Origin: Kiritimatiella glycovorans
GTDB taxonomy: Bacteria; Verrucomicrobiota; Kiritimatiellia; Kiritimatiellales; Kiritimatiellaceae
Direction: 5' to 3'
DNA length: 32,000 bases
Assembly: GCF_001017655.1 (NCBI RefSeq)
Contig: NZ_CP010904.1
Coordinates: forward strand, 1,020,001-1,052,000
The position numbers and the translations under genes were made by a program. Within the stretch, counting starts at the first letter, position 1. Each line of letters begins with the position of its first letter. Below the pieces are notes generated by a model that saw nothing but the letters and a program-made list of their open reading frames with translations, did not search any database and was not told where the DNA came from. Positions 11,505 to 19,099 of this stretch are shown here, in pieces.

Positions 11505-12495
11505 GATCAGGGGGAGATCGTGGCAGTCGGGGGGGAGTCGTGGCAATCGGGGGAAATGTCGTTCCTACGAGCGAAGCGTTTCCACGAGGCGCGTAGCGCC
11601 GTTTCCACGAGCGAAGCGTGGAAGATCGTGTCAACGGCCCTCGCGGGCCTCGTGGCAGTCGGGGGGAGAGTCGTGGCAATCGGGGGAAATGTCGTTCCTA
11701 CGAGCGAAGCGTTTCCACGAGGCGCGTAGCGCCGTTTCCACGAGCGAAGCGTGGAAGATCGTGTCAACGGCCCTGACGGGCCTCGTGGCAGTCGGGGGGA
11801 GAGTCGTGGCAATCGGGGGAAATGTCGTTCCTACGAGGCCGAAGGCCGTTCCTGCGAGCGCAGCGTTTCCCCGAGGCGCGTAGCGCCGTTTCCACGTTCC
11901 CTACGAGGCCGAAGGCCGTTTCCACGTCCCCCCCGAGCGCAGCGTGGAAGATCGTGTCAACGGCCCTTGCGGGCCTCGTGGCAATCGGGGAGATCGTGGC
12001 AATCGGGGGAGATCGTGGCAGTCGGGGGAAATGTCGTTCCTACGAGGCCGAAGGCCGTTTCCCACGAGGCGCGCAGCGCCGTTTCCACGTTCCCTGCGAG
12101 GCCGAAGGCCGTTCCGACGAGGCGCGTAGCGCCGTTGCCTCGAGCGAAGCGTTTTGACGAGGCGCGCAGCGCCGTTTCCACGAGCAGGGGAGAGTCGTGT
12201 CAACGGCCCTGACGGGCCTCGTAGCAATCGGGGGAATGTCGTTCCTACGAGGCCGAAGGCCGTTTCCCCCGAGGCGCGTAGCGCCGTTTCCACGTTCCCT
12301 ACGAGGCCGAAGGCCGTTCCGACGAGGCGCGTAGCGCCGTTGCCTCGAGCGAAGCGTTTTGACGAGGCGCGCAGCGCCGTTTCCACGTCCCCCCCGAGCG
12401 CAGCGTTTCCACGAGGCGCGTAGCGCCGTTTCCACGTTCCCCACGAGGCCGAAGGCCGTTGCCACGTTCCCCCCCGAGGCGCGCAGCGCCGTTTC
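11505..12495 (+). repeat. Complex ~1-kb array: five higher-order copies (141/133/193/243/275 bp), each with iteron-like heads, 3-10 GNA-triloop mini-hairpin modules and (copies I-IV) a GGCCC-N4-GGGCC tail hairpin
   Basis: Read directly. Copies start at 11511, 11652, 11785, 11978 and 12221. The modules are ACGAG-[GGCGC GTA/GCA GCGCC | GGCC GAA GGCC | GC GAA/GCA GC]-GTTTCC, about 27 in total, all with GNA on the plus strand. ORFs across the region on both strands give repetitive low-complexity translations. Confidence 0.9.
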
Positions 12496-12566
12496 TAATT
12501 GAACCCGACGGCAGGATCGCGCATGCTGTACCTCCTGCCGATGCAAATCCAACCATGGAGACGGAT

Positions 12567-12998
12567 ATGGCGATTATGGAGACGAAGGAGATCATGGAGG
12601 TGCTCCCGCACCGCTATCCCTTTCTGCTCGTCGACCGCGTGGTCGAGTGCGACGACGAAAAGCGGATCGTCGGGATCAAGAATCTGACGATCAACGAGCC
12701 CTATTTCCAGGGCCACTTCCCCGGCGAGCCGGTGATGCCGGGCGTCCTGCAGCTCGAAGCCATGGCCCAGGTGGGCGGCATCCTGCTCAACAAGCTCGGC
12801 TCGCGCGCGGGCCAGATCGCCTACTTTACCTCGATCGAGCGCGCGAAATTCCGGCGCATGGTCGTGCCGGGCGACCAGATGCGCATCGAGGTCACCTTCC
12901 TGAAACATCGTCTCAAGATGGCTAAAGTGGAGGGCCGCGTGCTTGTCGACGGAGAACGGGTGTGCGAGGCGGAACTGATGTTCACGATCGGGGCGTAA
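12567..12998 (+). CDS. fabZ: 3-hydroxyacyl-ACP dehydratase
   Basis: EIMEVLPHRYPFLLVDRV ... NEPYFQGHFPGEPVMPGVLQLEAMAQ is canonical FabZ. The ATG at 12567 has GGAG 6 nt upstream (alternatives 12555 and 12576); the track start at 12459 runs into the repeat array. Confidence 0.93.
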   Translation: MAIMETKEIMEVLPHRYPFLLVDRVVECDDEKRIVGIKNLTINEPYFQGHFPGEPVMPGVLQLEAMAQVGGILLNKLGSRAGQIAYFTSIERAKFRRMVVPGDQMRIEVTFLKHRLKMAKVEGRVLVDGERVCEAELMFTIGA

Positions 12999-13002
12999 GG
13001 GC

Positions 13003-13791
13003 ATGAGCGGTATTCATCCCAGCGCCATCGTGGCCGAGGAGGCCCGAATCGGCAGCGGTGTGGAGATCGGCCCCTGTGCCGTGATCGGGCCGGAGGCTGC
13101 ACTGGACGAGGGCGTCCGCGTGCTGGCGCACGCGGTGGTCGACGGACGGACGGAAATCGGGCCGCAATGCGTGATCCATCCCTTCGCCCGCGTCGGCGGG
13201 CAGACGCAGGATCTCAAATTCAAGGGCGGGAAACCGGGCGTGCGGGTCGGCGCGCGTACCACGATCCGCGAATACGTCACCATCAACGCCGCGACCAACG
13301 ACAACGAGTTCACCGAGGTGGGCGAGGACTGTCTGATCATGGCCTACAATCACATCGCTCACTGCTGCCGCCTGGGCCGGGGCGTGATCCTGACCAATGC
13401 GTGCCAGGTCGCGGGGCATGTGGAGATCGAGGACTACGCGGTGGTCGAGGGGATGTGCGGAATCGTCCAGTTCACCCGCATCGGACGCATGGCGTTTGTC
13501 GGCGGCATGTCCAAGGTGACCAAGGACGTGCCGCCGTTCATGCTCGGAACCGGCAACCCCTTCGAAGTGCGCGGGATCAACCGCGTGGGTATGGAGCGAC
13601 GCGGCGTCAGCGAAGCGGTGCGCCGCGAACTCAAGGAGGCCTTCCGGATGCTGTACCGATCCGATCGCTCCGTATCCCGGGCGGTCGAGGAGATCCGTGC
13701 ACAAGGGTCAGACGGCGAGGAGATCCGGCACCTGCTCGCATTCATCGAGTCCTCGAAAAAGGGCATTACCCGTAACGGTCCCGGATCATGA
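13003..13791 (+). CDS. lpxA: Acyl-ACP--UDP-N-acetylglucosamine O-acyltransferase
   Basis: 262 aa. Left-handed beta-helix hexapeptide repeats (IHPSAIVAEEARIGSGVEIGPCAVIGPEA...), QDLKFKG, and a C-terminal helical domain. Conserved fabZ-lpxA synteny. Confidence 0.9.
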   Translation: MSGIHPSAIVAEEARIGSGVEIGPCAVIGPEAALDEGVRVLAHAVVDGRTEIGPQCVIHPFARVGGQTQDLKFKGGKPGVRVGARTTIREYVTINAATNDNEFTEVGEDCLIMAYNHIAHCCRLGRGVILTNACQVAGHVEIEDYAVVEGMCGIVQFTRIGRMAFVGGMSKVTKDVPPFMLGTGNPFEVRGINRVGMERRGVSEAVRRELKEAFRMLYRSDRSVSRAVEEIRAQGSDGEEIRHLLAFIESSKKGITRNGPGS

Positions 13792-14903
13792 CCCGCGAAC
13801 TCAGCGTCGAACTCGGCGAACGCGGCTACCCCATCCGCATCGGACCCGGGCTGCTCGAAAACCTCGGCCCGGAGGTCGCCGCCACCGGTCTTAAAGGGCG
13901 CGGCCTGGTCCTGACGGACGAAACGGTTTTCCGCCGCTATGGGGAGCGTTGCGTCGCCTCGCTGGCCGGGGTCTGCGAGCCCCGGGTGCTGAGCGTGCCG
14001 GCGGGCGAAAAGAGCAAATGTCGTGACACGCTCTTCGAGGTCTACGACGCGATGCTCGAACACGGCATGGACCGCGGGAGTTTTCTCGTCGCCCTCGGCG
14101 GCGGAGTCGTCGGCGATCTCGGCGGCTACGCGGCCGCGTCGTATCTGCGCGGCATACCGTTCGTGCAGGTTCCGACGACCCTGCTCGCGATGGTGGACAG
14201 CTCCGTCGGCGGGAAAACCGGCATCAATCTTCCGCAGGGCAAGAACCTGGTCGGCGCTTTTCACCAGCCGCGGCTCGTGCTGGCCGATACGGAAACGCTG
14301 AAGTCGCTCGACGCCCGTCCGTTCCGCGCGGGCATGGCCGAAGTGGTCAAATACGGCGTCATCCGCGATCGGGCCCTGTTTGAGCTGTTGGAACGGAGCG
14401 CGAAGGATTTCGCGGCGGGCGTGTGCCCGGACATGGATCTCTCCGGCGAAGAGGGAAGTCGGCTGGGCGAGGTCATTGAGCAGTGCTGCCGGATCAAGGC
14501 GGACGTGGTGGCGGAAGACGAGCGCGAAGGCGGGCTGCGCGCGATCCTCAATTTCGGCCACACCCTCGCGCACGCCCTGGAGAATTCCGGCGGGTACTCG
14601 GACTGGCTCCATGGCGAGGCGGTCGCGGTCGGCATGGTCTACGCCGCCCGCCTGTCGACGCAGCTGCACGGCCTGCCCGCCGAGGAGGCGGGGCGGATCG
14701 AAGGTCTGTTGCAGGCGCTCGGCCTCCCGGTTCGCACGCCGGGCGCCGACTGGTCTGTGTTGCGGGACATCATGGGTCGGGACAAGAAAGTCCGCGACGG
14801 CCGGGTGCGGTTTGTCCTCGCCGACCGCATCGGGCACGCCGAACCCGGTTTCGAGGCCCCCGGCGAGACGCTCGAATCGGTCTGGCGGGAAATGGCGCGC
14901 TAG
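13788..14903 (+). CDS. aroB: 3-dehydroquinate synthase
   Basis: GGGVVGDLGGYAAASYLRGIPFVQVPTTLLAMVDSSVGGKTGINLPQGKNLVGAFHQP and NFGHTLAHALE...HGEAVAVGM are AroB signatures. ATGA overlap with the lpxA stop. Confidence 0.93.
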   Translation: MTRELSVELGERGYPIRIGPGLLENLGPEVAATGLKGRGLVLTDETVFRRYGERCVASLAGVCEPRVLSVPAGEKSKCRDTLFEVYDAMLEHGMDRGSFLVALGGGVVGDLGGYAAASYLRGIPFVQVPTTLLAMVDSSVGGKTGINLPQGKNLVGAFHQPRLVLADTETLKSLDARPFRAGMAEVVKYGVIRDRALFELLERSAKDFAAGVCPDMDLSGEEGSRLGEVIEQCCRIKADVVAEDEREGGLRAILNFGHTLAHALENSGGYSDWLHGEAVAVGMVYAARLSTQLHGLPAEEAGRIEGLLQALGLPVRTPGADWSVLRDIMGRDKKVRDGRVRFVLADRIGHAEPGFEAPGETLESVWREMAR

Positions 14904-14973
14904 CTTAATAAAACACTCACAAAGCCGGACTACGCTCCCCGTTCATCTGCTCTCCACATCCCCCTCCGATCTC

Positions 14974-16107
14974 ATGGACGAACGTGAGTCGCTTATCGCC
15001 CTGAACATGGTGGAGCGGCTGGGCCCGGTGCGGGTCCGCGCGCTGATCGACACGCTGGGGGACGCGCACGCGATTTTACACGCTTCGCCGGAGGATCTGG
15101 CCCGCGCGTCCGGCATCGGTCCCTCGCTCGCGGCGACGATCGCCCGCCAGTGCCGCGGGATCGACCTCGATCGCGAACTGCGCCGCGTGGCGCGGGCCGG
15201 CGCGCATATCGTCACCCCGCTGGACGACGACTATCCTGCGGCGCTGCGCGAAATTTACGATCCGCCCCTCGCGCTGTACGTGCGCGGCGCGCTGCCGCGC
15301 AGCGATCCCCGCGCTGTCGCCGTCGTCGGTTCACGCCGATGCACGGCGTACGGACGCGCCTGCGCGGACCGGCTGGCCTGCGCCCTGTCACGCGCGGGGT
15401 GCTGTGTGGTCAGCGGACTGGCGCGCGGGATCGATACCGCCGCCCATCGCGCGGCGCTCAAGGCCGGCGGCCGCACGGTCGCCGTGCTCGGTTCCGGGCT
15501 GGAGCGGCTGTATCCCGCCGAGAACGCCTCGCTCGCGGAGGAGATCGCGGAGACCGGCGCCGTGATCAGTGAGTTTCCGATGACGCAGGACGCGGACAAG
15601 TGGACGTTCCCCTGTCGGAACCGCGTGATCAGCGGGCTTTCGGCGGGCACGCTGGTCGTGGAGGCGGACGAGCGGAGCGGGGCCATGCACACCGCCGACG
15701 CCGCGCTGGAACAGGGGCGGAGCGTGTTCGCGGTGCCCGGCCGGATCGACTCCGCGTCGTCGCGCGGCACCCACCGGCTGATAAAAAACGGCGCCTGTCT
15801 TGTTGACAGCATCGACGACATCGTCCATGAGTTCGAGCTTCTCTTCCCCGAAGGCGCGGCGCCGGAGCCCGCCGCGGCGCGTCCGGACACCGCGCTTTCA
15901 ACGGAGGAACGGCGCGTGGTCGAAGCCCTCTGGGAGGAGAGCATGGACGTGGACCGGCTCGCCCGGAAAGCCGGCATGCCCTCGCACCGGGTCAGCGGCC
16001 TGCTCATGGGGCTCGTCATGAAGCACGTGATCCGCCTCCTTCCGGGGCGGCGGGTCGAACTGGACGCCTCGCTGCGGGGCATGAACGAAGAAGGCGGAGG
16101 ACTATGA
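14974..16107 (+). CDS. dprA: DNA-processing protein DprA (Smf)
   Basis: The ATG at 14974 gives MDERESLIALNMVERLGP... with the Rossmann-like core VVGSRRCTAYG, SGLARGIDTAAHRAAL, VAVLGSGL and a C-terminal winged-helix. The track start at 14380 overlaps aroB in another frame and is rejected. Confidence 0.9.
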   Translation: MDERESLIALNMVERLGPVRVRALIDTLGDAHAILHASPEDLARASGIGPSLAATIARQCRGIDLDRELRRVARAGAHIVTPLDDDYPAALREIYDPPLALYVRGALPRSDPRAVAVVGSRRCTAYGRACADRLACALSRAGCCVVSGLARGIDTAAHRAALKAGGRTVAVLGSGLERLYPAENASLAEEIAETGAVISEFPMTQDADKWTFPCRNRVISGLSAGTLVVEADERSGAMHTADAALEQGRSVFAVPGRIDSASSRGTHRLIKNGACLVDSIDDIVHEFELLFPEGAAPEPAAARPDTALSTEERRVVEALWEESMDVDRLARKAGMPSHRVSGLLMGLVMKHVIRLLPGRRVELDASLRGMNEEGGGL

Positions 16108-18632
16108 GCAAGTATCTGGTAATTGTTGAATCGCCGGCCAAGGCCAAAAAGATCGGCCAGATTCTCGGGCCGGAATACACGGTCAAGGCATCGATGGGCC
16201 ATGTGCGCGACCTCCCGGAGAAGCGGCTGGGCGTGCGGGTGCAGGACCGCTACCAGCCGGATTACGTGTCGACCGGCCGCGGCAAGAAAGTGCTCGCGGA
16301 TCTGAAAAAGGCGGCCGGTCAGAGCGAGGCCGTCTATCTGGCCCCCGACCCGGACCGGGAGGGGGAGGCGATCGCCTGGCACCTGTACGAGGAGATGAAG
16401 GACGCGGTGCCCGAAGACCGCTTCTACCGCGTGGCCTATAACGAGATCACCCCCGCCGCCATCCGGAAGGCCTTCGGGAATCCGGGGCGCATCGACATGA
16501 ACCGCGTGAATTCGCAGCAGGCGCGGCGCGTGATCGACCGCCTCGTCGGGTTCAAGGGCAGCCCTGTCGTCAGCCGCAGCCTCCGGGGTGCGTCCAGTGT
16601 CGGCCGGGTCCAGACCGTGGCCCTTCGTCTGGTCGTCTCCCGCGAGGAACAGATTCGCGCGTTCACTCCTGAAACCTACTGGCTGCTCGGGGCCGAGGTG
16701 CGCCGGGTGGAGGAGCCGCTCGACCCGTTTCGCGTGCGGCTGCACAAGATCGACGAAGACCCGGTGGGCGTGAAGGACCGCATGCTGCAGAAGGGGGCGA
16801 TCCGGACGAAGGAGCAGCTCGATGCGGTGTGCGCCGATCTGGATCGCGCGGACTGGCGCGTGGCGGAGATCAAGGAGCGCGAGGTCAGGAAGCGCCCCCG
16901 CCCGCCGTTCATCACCAGTACCCTGCAGCAGGCGGCGTCCAACGTGCTCAGTTTCAACCCCGGCCGGACCATGCGCGTCGCCCAGCGCCTCTACGAGGCC
17001 GGCCTGATCACCTACATGCGAACCGATTCGGTCGCGGTCGCCCAGTCGGCCCGCGAGGAATGCCGCGCGTATATCGAACAGACGTGGGGGAAGGAATACC
17101 GTCCGGACAAACCCAACGCCTACCGCAGCCGCGGCAGCGCCCAGGAGGCGCACGAGGCCATCCGCCCGACGGAGACCGGCGTGACCGCCGACAGCCTCGG
17201 GGATGCCGGCGCCGAGGACCGCAAACTCTATGACCTGATCTGGCGTCGGTTCGTCGCCAGCCAGATGTCTCCCGCGCGCATCGCGCAGAAAACCGTCGAT
17301 ATCGCCGTCTCGGGCGAACACGACTACCTGTTCCGCGCCTCCGCCTCGGACGTGCTTTTCCCTGGGTACATGAAGGCGACCGGCATCGAGAAAAACAAAA
17401 GCGACGATCAGAACGGCGACGCCGAAAAGCCGCTGCCGCCGCTCGCGCAGGGCGACGGCCTCGAACGGCTGGACTGGGTCACCGAAGAAAAACAGACCCA
17501 GCCGCCCGCGCGATATACCGAGGCGAGCCTTATCCGCGCCATGGAGGAAAACGGCGTCGGCCGGCCGAGCACGTACGCCGCGATCATCGAAAAACTCGAC
17601 GAGCGCAATTACGTCGGGCGCGAAAAGAGGTCGCTCATCCCCACTGAGGTCGGGGAAAAACTGATCCATCTCGTCCGGCAGACGGCGGAGAAACTGGAAA
17701 AACAGAACCAGATCGATCTGTTCGAGGTAAACTTCACCGCGGATATGGAGGACAAGCTCGACCGCGTGGAAGAGGGCGAGGTCGAATGGACGGAGATGCT
17801 CGACCGCTTTTATCCCTCGCTTACCGAGTGGATCGCGGAGGCGCGCGGACGCGTCGAACCCGAACGCGTCCGGCCCTATCTCGAGGCGCTGGAGCACGTG
17901 TCGCAGTGGAACCCGCCGGTGAAACGCGGGCGCCGCACCTACGACGATGCCCAGACCGTGAAGGACATGCGGGAACGCGTTGAACAGGGCGAGGAGTTCA
18001 CCGACCGCCAGTTCGAGATGCTGCACCGGATGGCCTGCCGCTATATCGACCAGATTCCGCAGTCCTTCGTCGATCAGCTCGGACTGGAAGCCCCGGAGAA
18101 ACCCCGCGATGAGACGCGCCGGAAGATCGAACTGCTGTCCGGCGTCGAGTTCGAAGCGCCGCGTGAGGTTGGAAAGCGGACCTTCGACGACGAAAAATTT
18201 CACCGCTCGCTCGCGAGCCAGGTGGAGCAGGGCAAAAGGCTGTCCGACCGCCAGATCGCCGCGCTGGACCGGATGCTGCGCAAGTACCGCGACCAAATTC
18301 CGGACTGGGAAAAGGAGAAGACGGCGCTCGGACTCGATGAGAAGGAAGAAGGCGCCAACGGCGAGACGGCGCAGCGGATTCTCGATCTGTTTCAGTCCGT
18401 GTCCGAGTGGGCCGAGCCGCAGAAACGCGGCAAGCGCACCTTCGACGACCAATCGTTCTACGGGTCACTGCGCGACCATCTCAAGTCGCGCGGCGCGCTG
18501 AGCGACCGTCAGCTCGCGGCCCTGAAGAAAATGGCCGCGCGCTACGCCGCTCAGATCCCGGACTACGAACAGAAGCAGCAGGAACTCGATCTTCCGCCCC
18601 CGCGCAAGACCCGCACCCCGAAAAAGAAGTAG
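16104..18632 (+). CDS. topA: DNA topoisomerase I (type IA) with a Cys-free triple-repeat C-terminal domain
   Basis: Toprim start MSKYLVIVESPAKAKKIGQILG...GHVRDLP, DPDREGEAIAWH, active-site region ITYMRTDS. ATGA overlap with the dprA stop; conserved dprA-topA synteny. Confidence 0.95.
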   Translation: MSKYLVIVESPAKAKKIGQILGPEYTVKASMGHVRDLPEKRLGVRVQDRYQPDYVSTGRGKKVLADLKKAAGQSEAVYLAPDPDREGEAIAWHLYEEMKDAVPEDRFYRVAYNEITPAAIRKAFGNPGRIDMNRVNSQQARRVIDRLVGFKGSPVVSRSLRGASSVGRVQTVALRLVVSREEQIRAFTPETYWLLGAEVRRVEEPLDPFRVRLHKIDEDPVGVKDRMLQKGAIRTKEQLDAVCADLDRADWRVAEIKEREVRKRPRPPFITSTLQQAASNVLSFNPGRTMRVAQRLYEAGLITYMRTDSVAVAQSAREECRAYIEQTWGKEYRPDKPNAYRSRGSAQEAHEAIRPTETGVTADSLGDAGAEDRKLYDLIWRRFVASQMSPARIAQKTVDIAVSGEHDYLFRASASDVLFPGYMKATGIEKNKSDDQNGDAEKPLPPLAQGDGLERLDWVTEEKQTQPPARYTEASLIRAMEENGVGRPSTYAAIIEKLDERNYVGREKRSLIPTEVGEKLIHLVRQTAEKLEKQNQIDLFEVNFTADMEDKLDRVEEGEVEWTEMLDRFYPSLTEWIAEARGRVEPERVRPYLEALEHVSQWNPPVKRGRRTYDDAQTVKDMRERVEQGEEFTDRQFEMLHRMACRYIDQIPQSFVDQLGLEAPEKPRDETRRKIELLSGVEFEAPREVGKRTFDDEKFHRSLASQVEQGKRLSDRQIAALDRMLRKYRDQIPDWEKEKTALGLDEKEEGANGETAQRILDLFQSVSEWAEPQKRGKRTFDDQSFYGSLRDHLKSRGALSDRQLAALKKMAARYAAQIPDYEQKQQELDLPPPRKTRTPKKK

Positions 18633-18847
18633 GGGAATGCTGACTCTTACACGTACTCGTACGCGTACTCGAACCGCCGGAGGCGCGATCCGGCGTTTTG
18701 GATCGGATTAATAACGAGTACGAGTCCGGAGCGCACCGCCTCCGGATCGGCGCTGGAATACGCGGCCATGCTTGAGGTATGTTCCGGCTGCGCCGTCGAT
18801 GGAACTGAAAAGGTTCGAGCCGGCAGCGGGAGGTTCAGCTTTTAGTC

Positions 18848-19099
18848 ATGCCGATACGCGAATACAGACTGAAGCCCGGCGCGCGGGGCTGCGATCAGTG
18901 TCGGCAGGGGTTTGAGCGCCTGGAGTCGATCCCGGACGAACCGCTGAAGCAGTGCCCCGCCTGCGGCGCGCCGGTGATCCGTGAATGGTCGGCGCCGAAG
19001 GTCGGCCTTTCGCGGAGCGGGCTGGACGATCGCGCGAAAGAGAAGGGGTTCACCAAGCTCCGCCGCCTCGGTAGAGGGGAATATGAAAAAGAATACTGA
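18848..19099 (+). CDS. FmdB-family zinc-ribbon protein (putative regulatory)
   Basis: 83 aa. MPIREYRL...CDQCRQGFE...LKQCPACGAP matches the FmdB/CxxC-CxxC zinc-ribbon family start (M-P-x-Y-E-Y-x-C type). Confidence 0.75.
   Translation: MPIREYRLKPGARGCDQCRQGFERLESIPDEPLKQCPACGAPVIREWSAPKVGLSRSGLDDRAKEKGFTKLRRLGRGEYEKEY

Noticed and set aside
11511-12240. Chromosomal origin of replication (oriC) at the iteron-like repeats
   Set aside because: I recognised no DnaA-box consensus (TTATCCACA-like), no AT-rich unwinding element, and no dnaA, dnaN or par genes nearby. It is kept only as a low-confidence protein-binding-site idea in the findings.
11505-12495. CRISPR array interpretation of the 1-kb repeat region (GTTTCC... 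motifs recur regularly)
   Set aside because: The units are only 17-23 nt and abut each other with no unique spacers of 25-40 nt. The 'spacers' are themselves repeated, there is higher-order 133-275-bp periodicity, and no cas genes are present.
11356-12595. Numerous overlapping ORFs on both strands across the array (e.g. 11507..11812 -, 11751..12212 +, 12040..12552 -)
   Set aside because: All are repetitive Arg/Ala/Pro-rich translations of the hairpin modules in several frames at once. They are mutually overlapping and lack RBS, which is characteristic of non-coding repeats in GC-rich DNA.
14380-14973. Extended starts from the ORF track (dprA at 14380, recD2 at 18981, beta-propeller gene at 23246, GH5 at 25835, sulfatase at 29072, YkgJ at 11040, fabZ at 12459)
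   Set aside because: The extensions overlap upstream genes or repeats and translate to Arg-rich junk. Each is followed by an internal ATG with an RBS and/or signal peptide that matches the expected family N-terminus.
15255-18452. 1065-aa ORF antisense to dprA/topA, and similar long shadow ORFs (2963..4843 +, 5309..6193 +, 6768..8633 +, 8658..9863 +, 10035..11039 +, 12982..13704 -, 13434..14837 -, 19050..21326 -, 24251..24916 -, 24819..25829 -, 25871..27295 -, 27526..28860 -, 29234..31045 -, 31021..31821 -)
   Set aside because: Each lies opposite a gene with unmistakable conserved motifs. Their translations are Arg/Ala/Gly/Pro-rich with no recognisable domains, the usual antisense open frames of high-GC DNA.
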